Part shown: piece after piece, positions 1-8,554 of the stretch
Layout: each line of letters opens with the position of its first letter
How positions within the stretch are numbered: position 1 is the stretch's first letter
Source: an uncultured virus (IMG/VR IMGVR_UViG_3300030103_004582)
Lineage: Duplodnaviria > Heunggongvirae > Uroviricota > Caudoviricetes
DNA: 64,000 nt
Virus record (IMG/VR): IMGVR_UViG_3300030103_004582
Span: 1-64,000 of that record
Reading direction: 5' to 3' (one strand)
Position numbers and translations under genes: made by a program
The notes under the pieces: model-generated
The model's database searches: none
What the model was told of the DNA's origin: nothing
The model's input: the letters and a program-made list of their open reading frames with translations, nothing else

Positions 1-367
1 TTACCACATAAAATTTACGAGGAGTATACTCTCTAGCCATTTCTTTAGCTTTTTTACTACCCTCCATTAATAAAGCTTCCTTTGCTTCATACATTGGGCA
101 ATGTTCACCATCATTTAATTTATTACAGTAAATTTTTTCATATTTACCATTCACTTGTCTTTCGTAAAAATATACTTCTTCGAATGGAGACTTACCATCT
201 TTTGCAGGTAAAATTCTAAATCTTCGAGTTGCATTTTTTACACCTTGTTGAAGTTTTTCAGTGAAATACTTCTTAAGTCTATCTTCATTAGATAACTTAG
301 GTTTTTTTGAACTGTTTTCAGTATTACTTTCATACTGAGACAAAATCGCGTCTAAACTGTTACTCAT
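1..367 (-). CDS. gp32: T4 gp32-like single-stranded DNA-binding protein (5' part; runs off window start; not in ORF track)
   Basis: Manual translation from ATG 367: MSNSLDAILSQYE...RRFRILPAKDGKSPFEEVYFY...IYCNKLNDGEHCPMYEAKEALL...AREYTPRKFYVV; RILP and C..CP features typical of gp32-like SSBs. Confidence 0.8.
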   Translation of the reverse strand, partial: MSNSLDAILSQYESNTENSSKKPKLSNEDRLKKYFTEKLQQGVKNATRRFRILPAKDGKSPFEEVYFYERQVNGKYEKIYCNKLNDGEHCPMYEAKEALLMEGSKKAKEMAREYTPRKFYVV

Positions 368-440
368 TTCTATTTTTTTTAAATGTTAATAATTATTTCT
401 AAATATAATAAGTTTTTTCTTAAAAGTCAATACATGAAAA

Positions 441-474
441 AACCAATAATGAACAAATATAGTCATTATTGGTT
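441..474 (-). terminator. Intrinsic terminator after the 252-aa gene
   Basis: 12-bp inverted repeat aaccaataatga / tcattattggtt with 10-nt loop, followed on the minus strand by a U-tract. Confidence 0.6.
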
Positions 475-485
475 AATATGTCAAA
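454..485 (-). promoter_or_regulatory. Bacteroidota-type housekeeping sigma promoter for SSB
   Basis: Minus strand TTTG-N20-TATATTTG, matching the TTTG(-33)/TAnnTTTG(-7) consensus. Confidence 0.7.
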
Positions 486-501
486 TAATTTTTTTAATTA
501 T

Positions 502-1260
502 TTAATAATCTTCGTCATCCTTATCATAGTCAAAAGAATTTTTTATTTCTGTTGCACTATAATCATCTACGTCTTTTTGAGTTATGGTGTATTCTTCCTC
601 TTCTTTACCCCCAACATCATATCCTTCTTTATCTGACCAATAATCAGTTAAGGAAACACTATATGGAAAAGAATCCATCGATCTCATTTCTAATCTTTCT
701 ACCGGTGTTGGGTTTCTATCTGCTATTTCTTTTTCTAATCCATCTATTTTATTAATAACTTGATCCATATCACCTACCTTACCTTCTAAATCACCTAATT
801 TACCTAATAATTCATCCATTTTAGCAGTCATACCCTCAATTTCTGTTCTAGTTTGTTCTGCCTTATCTACTATATCAGTAACATCTACTTCGACAGTTTC
901 TTCACCACCTTCCTCAGTTGCGAATTCATCTTCCACTTCCATACCTTCTTCACCTGCAAATGGATCTGTTTCACCTGCAAATGGATCTGTTTCACCTGAT
1001 CCTTCTTCAGTATCTAAATCTACAGTTTCTTCTTCACCACCTTCTTCTGCAAATGGGTCTTCAGTAGTCTCTTCTTCTGTACCTTCTCCACTTTCTGTAT
1101 CACCACCATCAGGAACAGGATCTTGTTCATAAAGTTGTTTAGCACCTAATAAAAGTTCGTCAGTATCATCACTGTCAACTTTATCTTCCATATAAAACGT
1201 ATATTCCAATAGTTCCATATGTCTTTTTAACTCTTCCGATATTAATTTTTTCTTATCCAT
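502..1260 (-). CDS. Very acidic protein with coiled coil and N-terminal leader; candidate internal head/scaffold-like protein
   Basis: 252 aa; leader MDKKKLISEELKRHMELLEY; D/E-rich linker; heptad stretch MDELLGKLGDLEGKVGDMDQVINKIDGLE. Confidence 0.55.
   Translation of the reverse strand: MDKKKLISEELKRHMELLEYTFYMEDKVDSDDTDELLLGAKQLYEQDPVPDGGDTESGEGTEEETTEDPFAEEGGEEETVDLDTEEGSGETDPFAGETDPFAGEEGMEVEDEFATEEGGEETVEVDVTDIVDKAEQTRTEIEGMTAKMDELLGKLGDLEGKVGDMDQVINKIDGLEKEIADRNPTPVERLEMRSMDSFPYSVSLTDYWSDKEGYDVGGKEEEEYTITQKDVDDYSATEIKNSFDYDKDDEDY
949..998. repeat. 21-bp in-frame tandem repeat (about 2.4 copies) encoding GETDPFA
   Basis: ttcacctgcaaatggatctgt x2 plus ttcacctg. Confidence 0.9.
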
Positions 1261-1265
1261 TTTTT

Positions 1266-1448
1266 TTATATTAATAATTGTCTTCCGTCAGTAGTTTTAT
1301 AAACTTTATTAACTCTTTCCACAATTTCTTTACCATCATTAATTAAACATTCTTCCCCTTCACACTCTTTTTCTTCATTAACTTTAAGAAATTCATTAAG
1401 TGAGTCTTCTAAATCTTTAGTTCTTTGTATGTCTTTTTTATTATCCAT
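1266..1448 (-). CDS. Small hypothetical protein (60 aa)
   Basis: Tightly packed ORF with ATATTTAT motif about 15 nt upstream. Confidence 0.75.
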   Translation of the reverse strand: MDNKKDIQRTKDLEDSLNEFLKVNEEKECEGEECLINDGKEIVERVNKVYKTTDGRQLLI

Positions 1449-1463
1449 ATTAAGCTCTTTTAT

Positions 1464-1472
1464 TATAAATAT
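1464..1472 (-). promoter_or_regulatory. Putative late promoter motif ATATTTATA
   Basis: Plus strand tataaatat, 15 nt upstream of ATG 1448; recurrent motif. Confidence 0.55.
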
Positions 1473-1479
1473 AAGAATT

Positions 1480-1893
1480 TTAAGAAAAATTACGTTTAAT
1501 ATCTATAATAGTTAATTCATTTTTTTTAGTTATCAACATTTTATTTTGGTATTTATCCCATTCTATCTTATGTTCTTTATGATTTAAATTACCTGTTTCT
1601 CCATTACTTTCACTTTCAATCAATTTATTAAGTGCATTAATAGTATAAAAACACTCTCCCTTTTTGTGTGTTATGATAGTGGTAGGGAAAAATGATTTAG
1701 TATTTATTTTTTTTCCATCCCTTAAATATAATCTAAATGTTAAAATTTTTTTACCTATTTCTTGCGGGGAAGTATAAATAAATAATTTTTCTTTAGGTAT
1801 TTTAAACCTTTTTTCTATATAATCACTGAAACCATCTATTCTATCCTCATCAACAAATGATGCTAGTGTGATTATTTTTGTCTGTTGTTCCAT
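1480..1893 (-). CDS. Hypothetical phage protein (137 aa)
   Basis: Intact ORF overlapping the upstream gene; IITHKKGECFYTINALN motif. Confidence 0.75.
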   Translation of the reverse strand: MEQQTKIITLASFVDEDRIDGFSDYIEKRFKIPKEKLFIYTSPQEIGKKILTFRLYLRDGKKINTKSFFPTTIITHKKGECFYTINALNKLIESESNGETGNLNHKEHKIEWDKYQNKMLITKKNELTIIDIKRNFS

Positions 1894-2473
1894 ATCTATA
1901 AATGTATGGTATGATTTTTTTATTGTTATAATCTACACACCCTATACATTTATTAAATATTTCATTTTCAGATAAAGTTACCTTAGAAAGTTGATTTATT
2001 TTATGTTTAATTTTATCTATATCTAAACCTAAAAATAATAATATTTTTAAGTCTAATCCAAAAACTAAATTTTTATCGTATAAATATACCATATCATCAT
2101 TAATAATTGTAATAATATTATTTAATGAATATATTTTTCTTATTATTTTTCTTATTTTTTTAGGATTATCATGTATTAAATCAACAAAAACATAACTATT
2201 TTTATTATCTATAAAATCCAAACATCTGTGTTGAAATTTTTTTAAGTCTATTTCTAAATCTACTTTTCTTTCATTATTATTAAAAGTCCAAAAAGTTTTA
2301 TCATCAATTTTCTTATTTAGTATTGAAACATTTTCTTCACCATAAATTTCTTTAGTTGCATCCCAACCAATAATTAATGTTATAAAATTATCGTTTATTT
2401 GTGAAATATTTTCACAAACATTATATTTTTTATCTGAAAATTTATCTTTAGTTACTATATTTCCAATATACAT
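1850..2473 (-). CDS. Hypothetical phage protein (207 aa)
   Basis: Intact ORF directly downstream of a host-type promoter. Confidence 0.75.
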   Translation of the reverse strand: MYIGNIVTKDKFSDKKYNVCENISQINDNFITLIIGWDATKEIYGEENVSILNKKIDDKTFWTFNNNERKVDLEIDLKKFQHRCLDFIDNKNSYVFVDLIHDNPKKIRKIIRKIYSLNNIITIINDDMVYLYDKNLVFGLDLKILLFLGLDIDKIKHKINQLSKVTLSENEIFNKCIGCVDYNNKKIIPYIYRYGTTDKNNHTSIIC

Positions 2474-2477
2474 ATTA

Positions 2478-2509
2478 CAAATATACTATTTTTTTATGTT
2501 AAAAACAAA
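2478..2509 (-). promoter_or_regulatory. Bacteroidota-type promoter; probably yields a leaderless or near-leaderless mRNA
   Basis: TTTG-N20-TATATTTG ending 4 nt before ATG 2473. Confidence 0.7.
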
Positions 2510-5500
2510 CTATGTAGTGGATGGTGCAATAGTTAAATCAGAATTTTTATTTTCTTTATATAAATTTACTCCTTTATTTTTAAATTTAGTACCACCAACT
2601 GTTTGACCTATTAATTTATCTCCACCACCTTTTACCGGTAAAGTGTTTAAAACTATTGCAAAGTTTTCAAACGAATCTTCTATATCTTTTCCATCTTTAA
2701 AATTTAAACTATTTACAGTATGATTAAAATTCTCAGCTTGTCCACCATTTGCCCAACCACCAGGTGGGTAGTTTTCTTCACTTTTTAATCTCGTATCTTT
2801 TTGTGTAGATAATTCTTCAATTTTTTTGTTAATGTCGTTTATTTCTTTTTCTAACTCATCATTTTCTACCACTCTAGCAATTCTTTCTTCAGGAGAAATT
2901 GCCTTTAGTGAAAGGTTAATTTTTTCTTGATTTACTTTCATTCTTGCTTCTATTCTCGCTTTGTCTTTTTCTTGTTCATCTATTTTGCCTTTGTTCTGAT
3001 AACTACCACTATAAGGATAATTAGTCCATCTCCATGCAGATATTTCACATGATGTTTTAATGTCTATGGTATCACCAGTTAATTTAGTCATAGGTGTTTT
3101 TGTGTCTTCACTAAACCTCATATATTGATCCCTACCTATGATAGGAATAAAACCTCTAGGTCTAAAAACATAAGCGTCTTTAGTAGTATCAAAATCTCGA
3201 TTACCAAATCGGTTATCGATTTGACTATATAATCCAAACCCTTTATCGCTATCTGAATTATTCCATGTTAAAACATCTATACTAAAATTATTTGATTTTG
3301 TCATAGCATTTGCTAAGAACATAGTAACTTGTGAATTACTTTTAATACGAAATCCTTTTAAAGTATTTTTTAAATTAGTAGCTAAATTTGTGGATGCATT
3401 ACTTATCCCCATAGTTATTAAATTACTTTCAGTTATAGAATCAAAATTAAAATTTTCATCAGGACCTTTATCTGCAGGAATACCGGTATTAAAATCAATT
3501 TCTTGTCTTATAGAACTTTGAAGTAAAATAGGTTCTGTTTCTAATGTATCGTCTAAACCTATATTTAAAAAAGTAGTCATTTTATCTACAACTGGTGTTA
3601 TATATTTACTTTGTCTTACACCAGTAAAAGATGTAGTCATATGGTTAGGGGTGATATTATGTGTAACATTTAAAATCATATATGCACCATCGAAAAAAGG
3701 TACATTGTCTAATTGAAAATACATCATAGGTTGAATATTCATACAACCTAAAGCTTCAACACTACAAGTATATGAACGAGATCTAAACATCTTATATAAA
3801 TCTGTACCTTGATAAGTCCTACTAGTACCACCTCTTTTATCAATTAAGTCAGTTAATGTTTTATGGTATTCCGCAGTATCTTTGTGTTCTTGTTGATTCA
3901 ATGATACACTTTTAAAAACTGTTTGGTTTTCTGTACCAAATGATACTCTAAAACCAACTAAATTGATGTTATCTTCAGAAGCATTAGATACTGATTTACC
4001 TTTAGCTTCTCTTCTAAGTCTCCTTTTTTCTTTTCTACTTTGTTGTCTTGCTTGTCTTTTTTCTGACTTCTTTGGTGCTAAAATATCAGAAGGTGGAAAA
4101 TCCAAATTAAACCCATCGTTTTTAAATGTATATCTATTTTGTTCTTCTATATTTAATACTTGTGACGCACCTCCTGCGTAAATGCAAAGATATGTTGGAC
4201 CACTACTATCATTTCTATCCGAAATATTAGTTATAGGTTTAAACATAGTAGAAACTTCTTCCGGATCTCTATAGTTAACATAATTAGGTAGTATTTGAAA
4301 AAGAAAATTACTGTCTCTAAGTAATTTAGACATATAAAAATACATATTAGTAGTTAAATTTTGACTTATACTAATAACACTTTCTAAATTTATTATAGCT
4401 TTATCACCAATATCGTTAAACCCCCTATCAACAAACCTAAAATACTTAAATAAGTCTTTATTGTCTTTGGCACAAGCGTTAAAAGCTAATTCCCTTTTGG
4501 ATGTGTTACCTGCCACCCATCTATCGTATACATTTTTTATACTATTATATGCAGCTTGTTTAATATCCTCCATATTATTAGTCTGATCAGTTGATTCTGT
4601 TTTATTTGTTTTACCATCACTACTTTTAATTTCTGTATTAAAACTTTGTTTAAATTTATTTAAATAATTGTTAAAATTGACTGAATCAAAATCTGAAGAA
4701 CTAGTTTCATTAGTTACAACAATTAATTTTTCTGTTTCTTTTAATAAGGTTGTTAAATTTATACCTTTTTTAAACTTTTCATCAATAGATAAATCATCAT
4801 TAGAATATTCTATTACCGCTTTACTAAATTTAGAAAAACTTCCATCATTTACCCATTTAGTAAAATAATCTATTAAATTATTTTTTGTCTGTACTGGTAA
4901 CTCTAACAAACTACTATTTAAACTTGTTTGTTTACCATACCATAAAGGTTTAATATATGTTGTTTGTGTGGGTATAGATGAACCACTATATATAGAATCG
5001 TCCCATGTTATGGGATCTATTTCTAAACTATTTCTCCATAAAGTACCACCAATATAGTATAAAAAATATTTAGGTAATATATAAATAACTGGTGGTTTTA
5101 GAAAAAATAAACTACCAGTTTTAAATTTATCTTTTTCTACTGTTTCAGACCAAGTTTTAAATGGTAATGTAGATAATAATAAAAGTGCTTTAGATAAATC
5201 TGAAGTGTTATTAGTGTATAAATTTGAATCTGTTAAATACTTTGGTTTTTCTGTATCACTTTCACCTTCTACAGGTTCAGCTTTTTTATTATAAAGGTTA
5301 ATCCAATCTGTAACTATAGGTGTATTTGGTACTGGATTGTCTGCAGGATTGATTCCCCCATCAATTAATGTAATATCACTTTTTAGTGAAAAAGTTAGAC
5401 TACCTTCTTTACCTGCTTTTTTTAATAATAATTTACTTTGTTTTTCTAACCAACATGTATAAGATAAATTACGATTAGCAATATAATTAATCCATTGCGT

Positions 5501-8212
5501 ATATTTAACAACACTACTATCAATTACTGACTTATCAAAAACTTCTTTAACATTTTCAATATTTTGTTCTTCCGTTAAATTTACCTTATTTCTAATTATT
5601 TTTTTACCTTTGATACTATTACCTAAAATAAGTTTACTCATTTTTGGATTATCTATCTTATAAATGGTGTCCTCATCATTACTTTGTTGGTATTCGACAC
5701 TATTTAATTCTTTTATTCTTTCGTTAACAATTTTAGTTATTTTATTAGTATTATCTGTTAAATTTAATGGATTGTCTTTTAAAAATTGATTTAAAATTTG
5801 GTAAATAGTATCTTTACTTTCTTTATCAATAAAGGATATTTTAGCCCAAATTCCATCCCAAGTAGCATATTTACTCATAGTACCAAAATCTCCTGTTGCG
5901 GTTGAATAATATTTTAATATTACAAATCTATCTACTAAAGCTTTTATAAATTTTTCATATAAAACATCTTTTCCTTCTGCGGTTTTTGTTTGTGCAACAT
6001 TTAACAAATAAAACGGATTTTTTTCACAGTCTATTGGATTTATTGGTATCCAGTTATCTGTATCATTACCACTACTACTACCCTTAGCTTTATTAACTTG
6101 TTTAGTAATACCTAATAAACTTTTTTCTTCTTTTAATAAAGCTTCAATTAAATTTTCAATAAATTTAATTTCAGGAAAAGCAGTTCTAGCATCCGTATCT
6201 TCAGGTTTAAATATTTCTTTTGATCCTATAAATTTTTCTACAAAACCTCCATCTTGTTTAACAAACAAAGAAGGAAACGCATATATTGTTTGACTTTTAA
6301 AATCAAATTCTTCTTTTAATTGTAAATCACTGGTGACACCAGCAGACTCTAATGCTTTTTGTCTTTTTTTGTTCTTCCTTTCTGCAGAATAACCAATATC
6401 AAATATTGTCATTAAAAAAGCTTGTGCATTATTACATAGTATCTGAAATACTGTACCTATTGTAGGTTTATACCCTAATCTTTCCGATAAAGAATTATTT
6501 AATTCTTCTACTAATTTTTCCTCTTTTTTCTTTTTTGATTTACGAATATTAATTAACATATCATTCACCATCATTCTGATTGCCCTAAAGTCTAATATTA
6601 TTCCAGGTGTAGCGTTACCAAAACCACTATTTAAGTTACCAGGCTCATTATTATTAGTGTCTTTAGAATAGTCGTTTATAACAATTTGAGATACATCAAA
6701 GTTATTATTAGCTTCATCATATTCGCTTGGATTATTTTTAGTTAATATACTATCTTCACGCCTTATTTCATCAATAAATTCAAGTAAAGTTAATTGTCCT
6801 TTTTTAGAAATTTCAAAATCTATAAAAAAATCAATTTGATTATTAATATTATTTAATTCTGAAGGAGAAAAGAAACCACTTTGACCAGCACCGGATCCAA
6901 AATTTAATGTAAACTCATCGTAATTTACGTTTTCACCATCTGTATTTTCGGAAAATCTCCAGTACTCTGTATTTTTCGTTGCTGATCCACCTAATACTCC
7001 TTTAGCGATATTATCATTATTACTAAGACTACTTTTATTTTCACCATAAAAATTAACATAGTCTGTAATAAGATTATTTAAATCATTCATATATAAGTTT
7101 AATGATGGAATCATTGTAGACTTAACAAATAATAAATCTCTTATAGACAAATAATTTTCACCTAAAGTTAAATTTACTGATTTAATTCCACTTGTATTTG
7201 TTGTATTTGGTGAATTTAATTGTGATAAGTAAGGTGGTGCACTAGTTTTGTCCTTATAAGTATCGATGTTTGCTTTTGGTATTGGACTACCAATAAAGCT
7301 TAATATTTCTTCTACTTTTTTCTCCTGTGTATTTAATATTTGTAGTTCTTTATATTTAGTATTTTCTATTTTTAATTCTTCTAAGTCTATCTGTAATTTA
7401 CTTAATTGTTTCACAAAATCATCTAATGAAGGTGTATCTATTGTTTGAGTTCCATCACTTGTTCCATTTTTAATTGTCCCAACTGTGAGTGGTAACTCAG
7501 TTAAATTTTTTAATCCTATTTCTGTATTAAGTGTACCAATTATATCTCCTATTGTAATATCTGCAAGAAATGCTTGTTGAAACCCTAAAAAATTTGCGGA
7601 AATATTAAAATTACCAGTTCCAGCATCGAATTTTGATGTCCAGTTAACCAAATTTAAACAATATGATACAGGTTTACCAAAATATCCCTTTACAGTCAAA
7701 TTAAAAATAGGATAAGGCATTTTAAAAAATATACTATATGGTGATTTTCTATTATCTTGTTCTATAACATCAAATAGCCCACTACCCCTTACATCTGTAA
7801 AATCAATGTCTACTTGTGGTATTAAACTAGTATTGTATTTTATGTTAATAGATGTTATACCGAAACCTTCTAGTAATCCACTACCTAAACTGTTTTGAAT
7901 ACCCCCAATATTAGTATAACTTGTAGTTGCATAAGATTTGACATCTCCCATTATATTTTTTTGTGGTTCACCAGCTTGATTGTATTTTACTTCTGTTGAT
8001 ACAAATTCAATAATACCAAATCTACTCTCTTCAAACTCATTTTCATTTTCACCAATAGTTGCCACCCCCCTATTACGTTCTTCCGCAGTCAAACTAATAT
8101 AAATAAACATGTCTTCTGCAGGTAAAACATTTCTACCTGAAGGGTTAGGGTCTACTAACATTAAACCCGCACCAACTTGTTTAACCTCAACATCTTTTTC
8201 TTCTTCTCCCAT
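2510..8212 (-). CDS. Large baseplate hub-like protein with C-terminal degenerate GH19 (lysozyme/chitinase-like) domain
   Basis: 1900 aa; FGITSINIK..PQVDIDFTDVRG and YTCSVEALGCMNIQPMMYF..GAYMILNVTHNITPNHMTTSFTG (hub/gp27-gpD-like); C-terminal MFLAN..FRPRGFIPIIGRDQY..SAWRW. Confidence 0.65.
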   Translation of the reverse strand: MGEEEKDVEVKQVGAGLMLVDPNPSGRNVLPAEDMFIYISLTAEERNRGVATIGENENEFEESRFGIIEFVSTEVKYNQAGEPQKNIMGDVKSYATTSYTNIGGIQNSLGSGLLEGFGITSINIKYNTSLIPQVDIDFTDVRGSGLFDVIEQDNRKSPYSIFFKMPYPIFNLTVKGYFGKPVSYCLNLVNWTSKFDAGTGNFNISANFLGFQQAFLADITIGDIIGTLNTEIGLKNLTELPLTVGTIKNGTSDGTQTIDTPSLDDFVKQLSKLQIDLEELKIENTKYKELQILNTQEKKVEEILSFIGSPIPKANIDTYKDKTSAPPYLSQLNSPNTTNTSGIKSVNLTLGENYLSIRDLLFVKSTMIPSLNLYMNDLNNLITDYVNFYGENKSSLSNNDNIAKGVLGGSATKNTEYWRFSENTDGENVNYDEFTLNFGSGAGQSGFFSPSELNNINNQIDFFIDFEISKKGQLTLLEFIDEIRREDSILTKNNPSEYDEANNNFDVSQIVINDYSKDTNNNEPGNLNSGFGNATPGIILDFRAIRMMVNDMLINIRKSKKKKEEKLVEELNNSLSERLGYKPTIGTVFQILCNNAQAFLMTIFDIGYSAERKNKKRQKALESAGVTSDLQLKEEFDFKSQTIYAFPSLFVKQDGGFVEKFIGSKEIFKPEDTDARTAFPEIKFIENLIEALLKEEKSLLGITKQVNKAKGSSSGNDTDNWIPINPIDCEKNPFYLLNVAQTKTAEGKDVLYEKFIKALVDRFVILKYYSTATGDFGTMSKYATWDGIWAKISFIDKESKDTIYQILNQFLKDNPLNLTDNTNKITKIVNERIKELNSVEYQQSNDEDTIYKIDNPKMSKLILGNSIKGKKIIRNKVNLTEEQNIENVKEVFDKSVIDSSVVKYTQWINYIANRNLSYTCWLEKQSKLLLKKAGKEGSLTFSLKSDITLIDGGINPADNPVPNTPIVTDWINLYNKKAEPVEGESDTEKPKYLTDSNLYTNNTSDLSKALLLLSTLPFKTWSETVEKDKFKTGSLFFLKPPVIYILPKYFLYYIGGTLWRNSLEIDPITWDDSIYSGSSIPTQTTYIKPLWYGKQTSLNSSLLELPVQTKNNLIDYFTKWVNDGSFSKFSKAVIEYSNDDLSIDEKFKKGINLTTLLKETEKLIVVTNETSSSDFDSVNFNNYLNKFKQSFNTEIKSSDGKTNKTESTDQTNNMEDIKQAAYNSIKNVYDRWVAGNTSKRELAFNACAKDNKDLFKYFRFVDRGFNDIGDKAIINLESVISISQNLTTNMYFYMSKLLRDSNFLFQILPNYVNYRDPEEVSTMFKPITNISDRNDSSGPTYLCIYAGGASQVLNIEEQNRYTFKNDGFNLDFPPSDILAPKKSEKRQARQQSRKEKRRLRREAKGKSVSNASEDNINLVGFRVSFGTENQTVFKSVSLNQQEHKDTAEYHKTLTDLIDKRGGTSRTYQGTDLYKMFRSRSYTCSVEALGCMNIQPMMYFQLDNVPFFDGAYMILNVTHNITPNHMTTSFTGVRQSKYITPVVDKMTTFLNIGLDDTLETEPILLQSSIRQEIDFNTGIPADKGPDENFNFDSITESNLITMGISNASTNLATNLKNTLKGFRIKSNSQVTMFLANAMTKSNNFSIDVLTWNNSDSDKGFGLYSQIDNRFGNRDFDTTKDAYVFRPRGFIPIIGRDQYMRFSEDTKTPMTKLTGDTIDIKTSCEISAWRWTNYPYSGSYQNKGKIDEQEKDKARIEARMKVNQEKINLSLKAISPEERIARVVENDELEKEINDINKKIEELSTQKDTRLKSEENYPPGGWANGGQAENFNHTVNSLNFKDGKDIEDSFENFAIVLNTLPVKGGGDKLIGQTVGGTKFKNKGVNLYKENKNSDLTIAPSTT

Positions 8213-8222
8213 AACTTAAAAT

Positions 8223-8549
8223 TTAACCCGTTCCGTTTAATTTCTGATATTTTTGTACTTCAGAAATATATTGTTGTAAACTGTCTTTAAACGGAAAAGG
8301 TATTCTTATTATTTCATTATTTGGTATTGACTCTTCTACCCCCCCATACTGTGGATTAGCTAACATAATTAACCAACCGTGATAAGGGTTTCCATAATAT
8401 TCTTGACTTAATTTGTCCATTCTACTTTGAGTTTGTCTATATAAAACTGATTTATCACTAGATTTAGGCTCTATTTTTATAAATGGTAACGGTGTGTATT
8501 TACCATTAAAGTTGAATTTTTGATATCGGTTATAATATTCTGTACTCAT
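8223..8549 (-). CDS. Baseplate wedge protein, gp53/tail-X LysM-like
   Basis: RMDKLSQEYYGNPYHGWLIMLANP...IIRIP signature; located between baseplate genes. Confidence 0.8.
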   Translation of the reverse strand: MSTEYYNRYQKFNFNGKYTPLPFIKIEPKSSDKSVLYRQTQSRMDKLSQEYYGNPYHGWLIMLANPQYGGVEESIPNNEIIRIPFPFKDSLQQYISEVQKYQKLNGTG

Positions 8550-8554
8550 AATAC

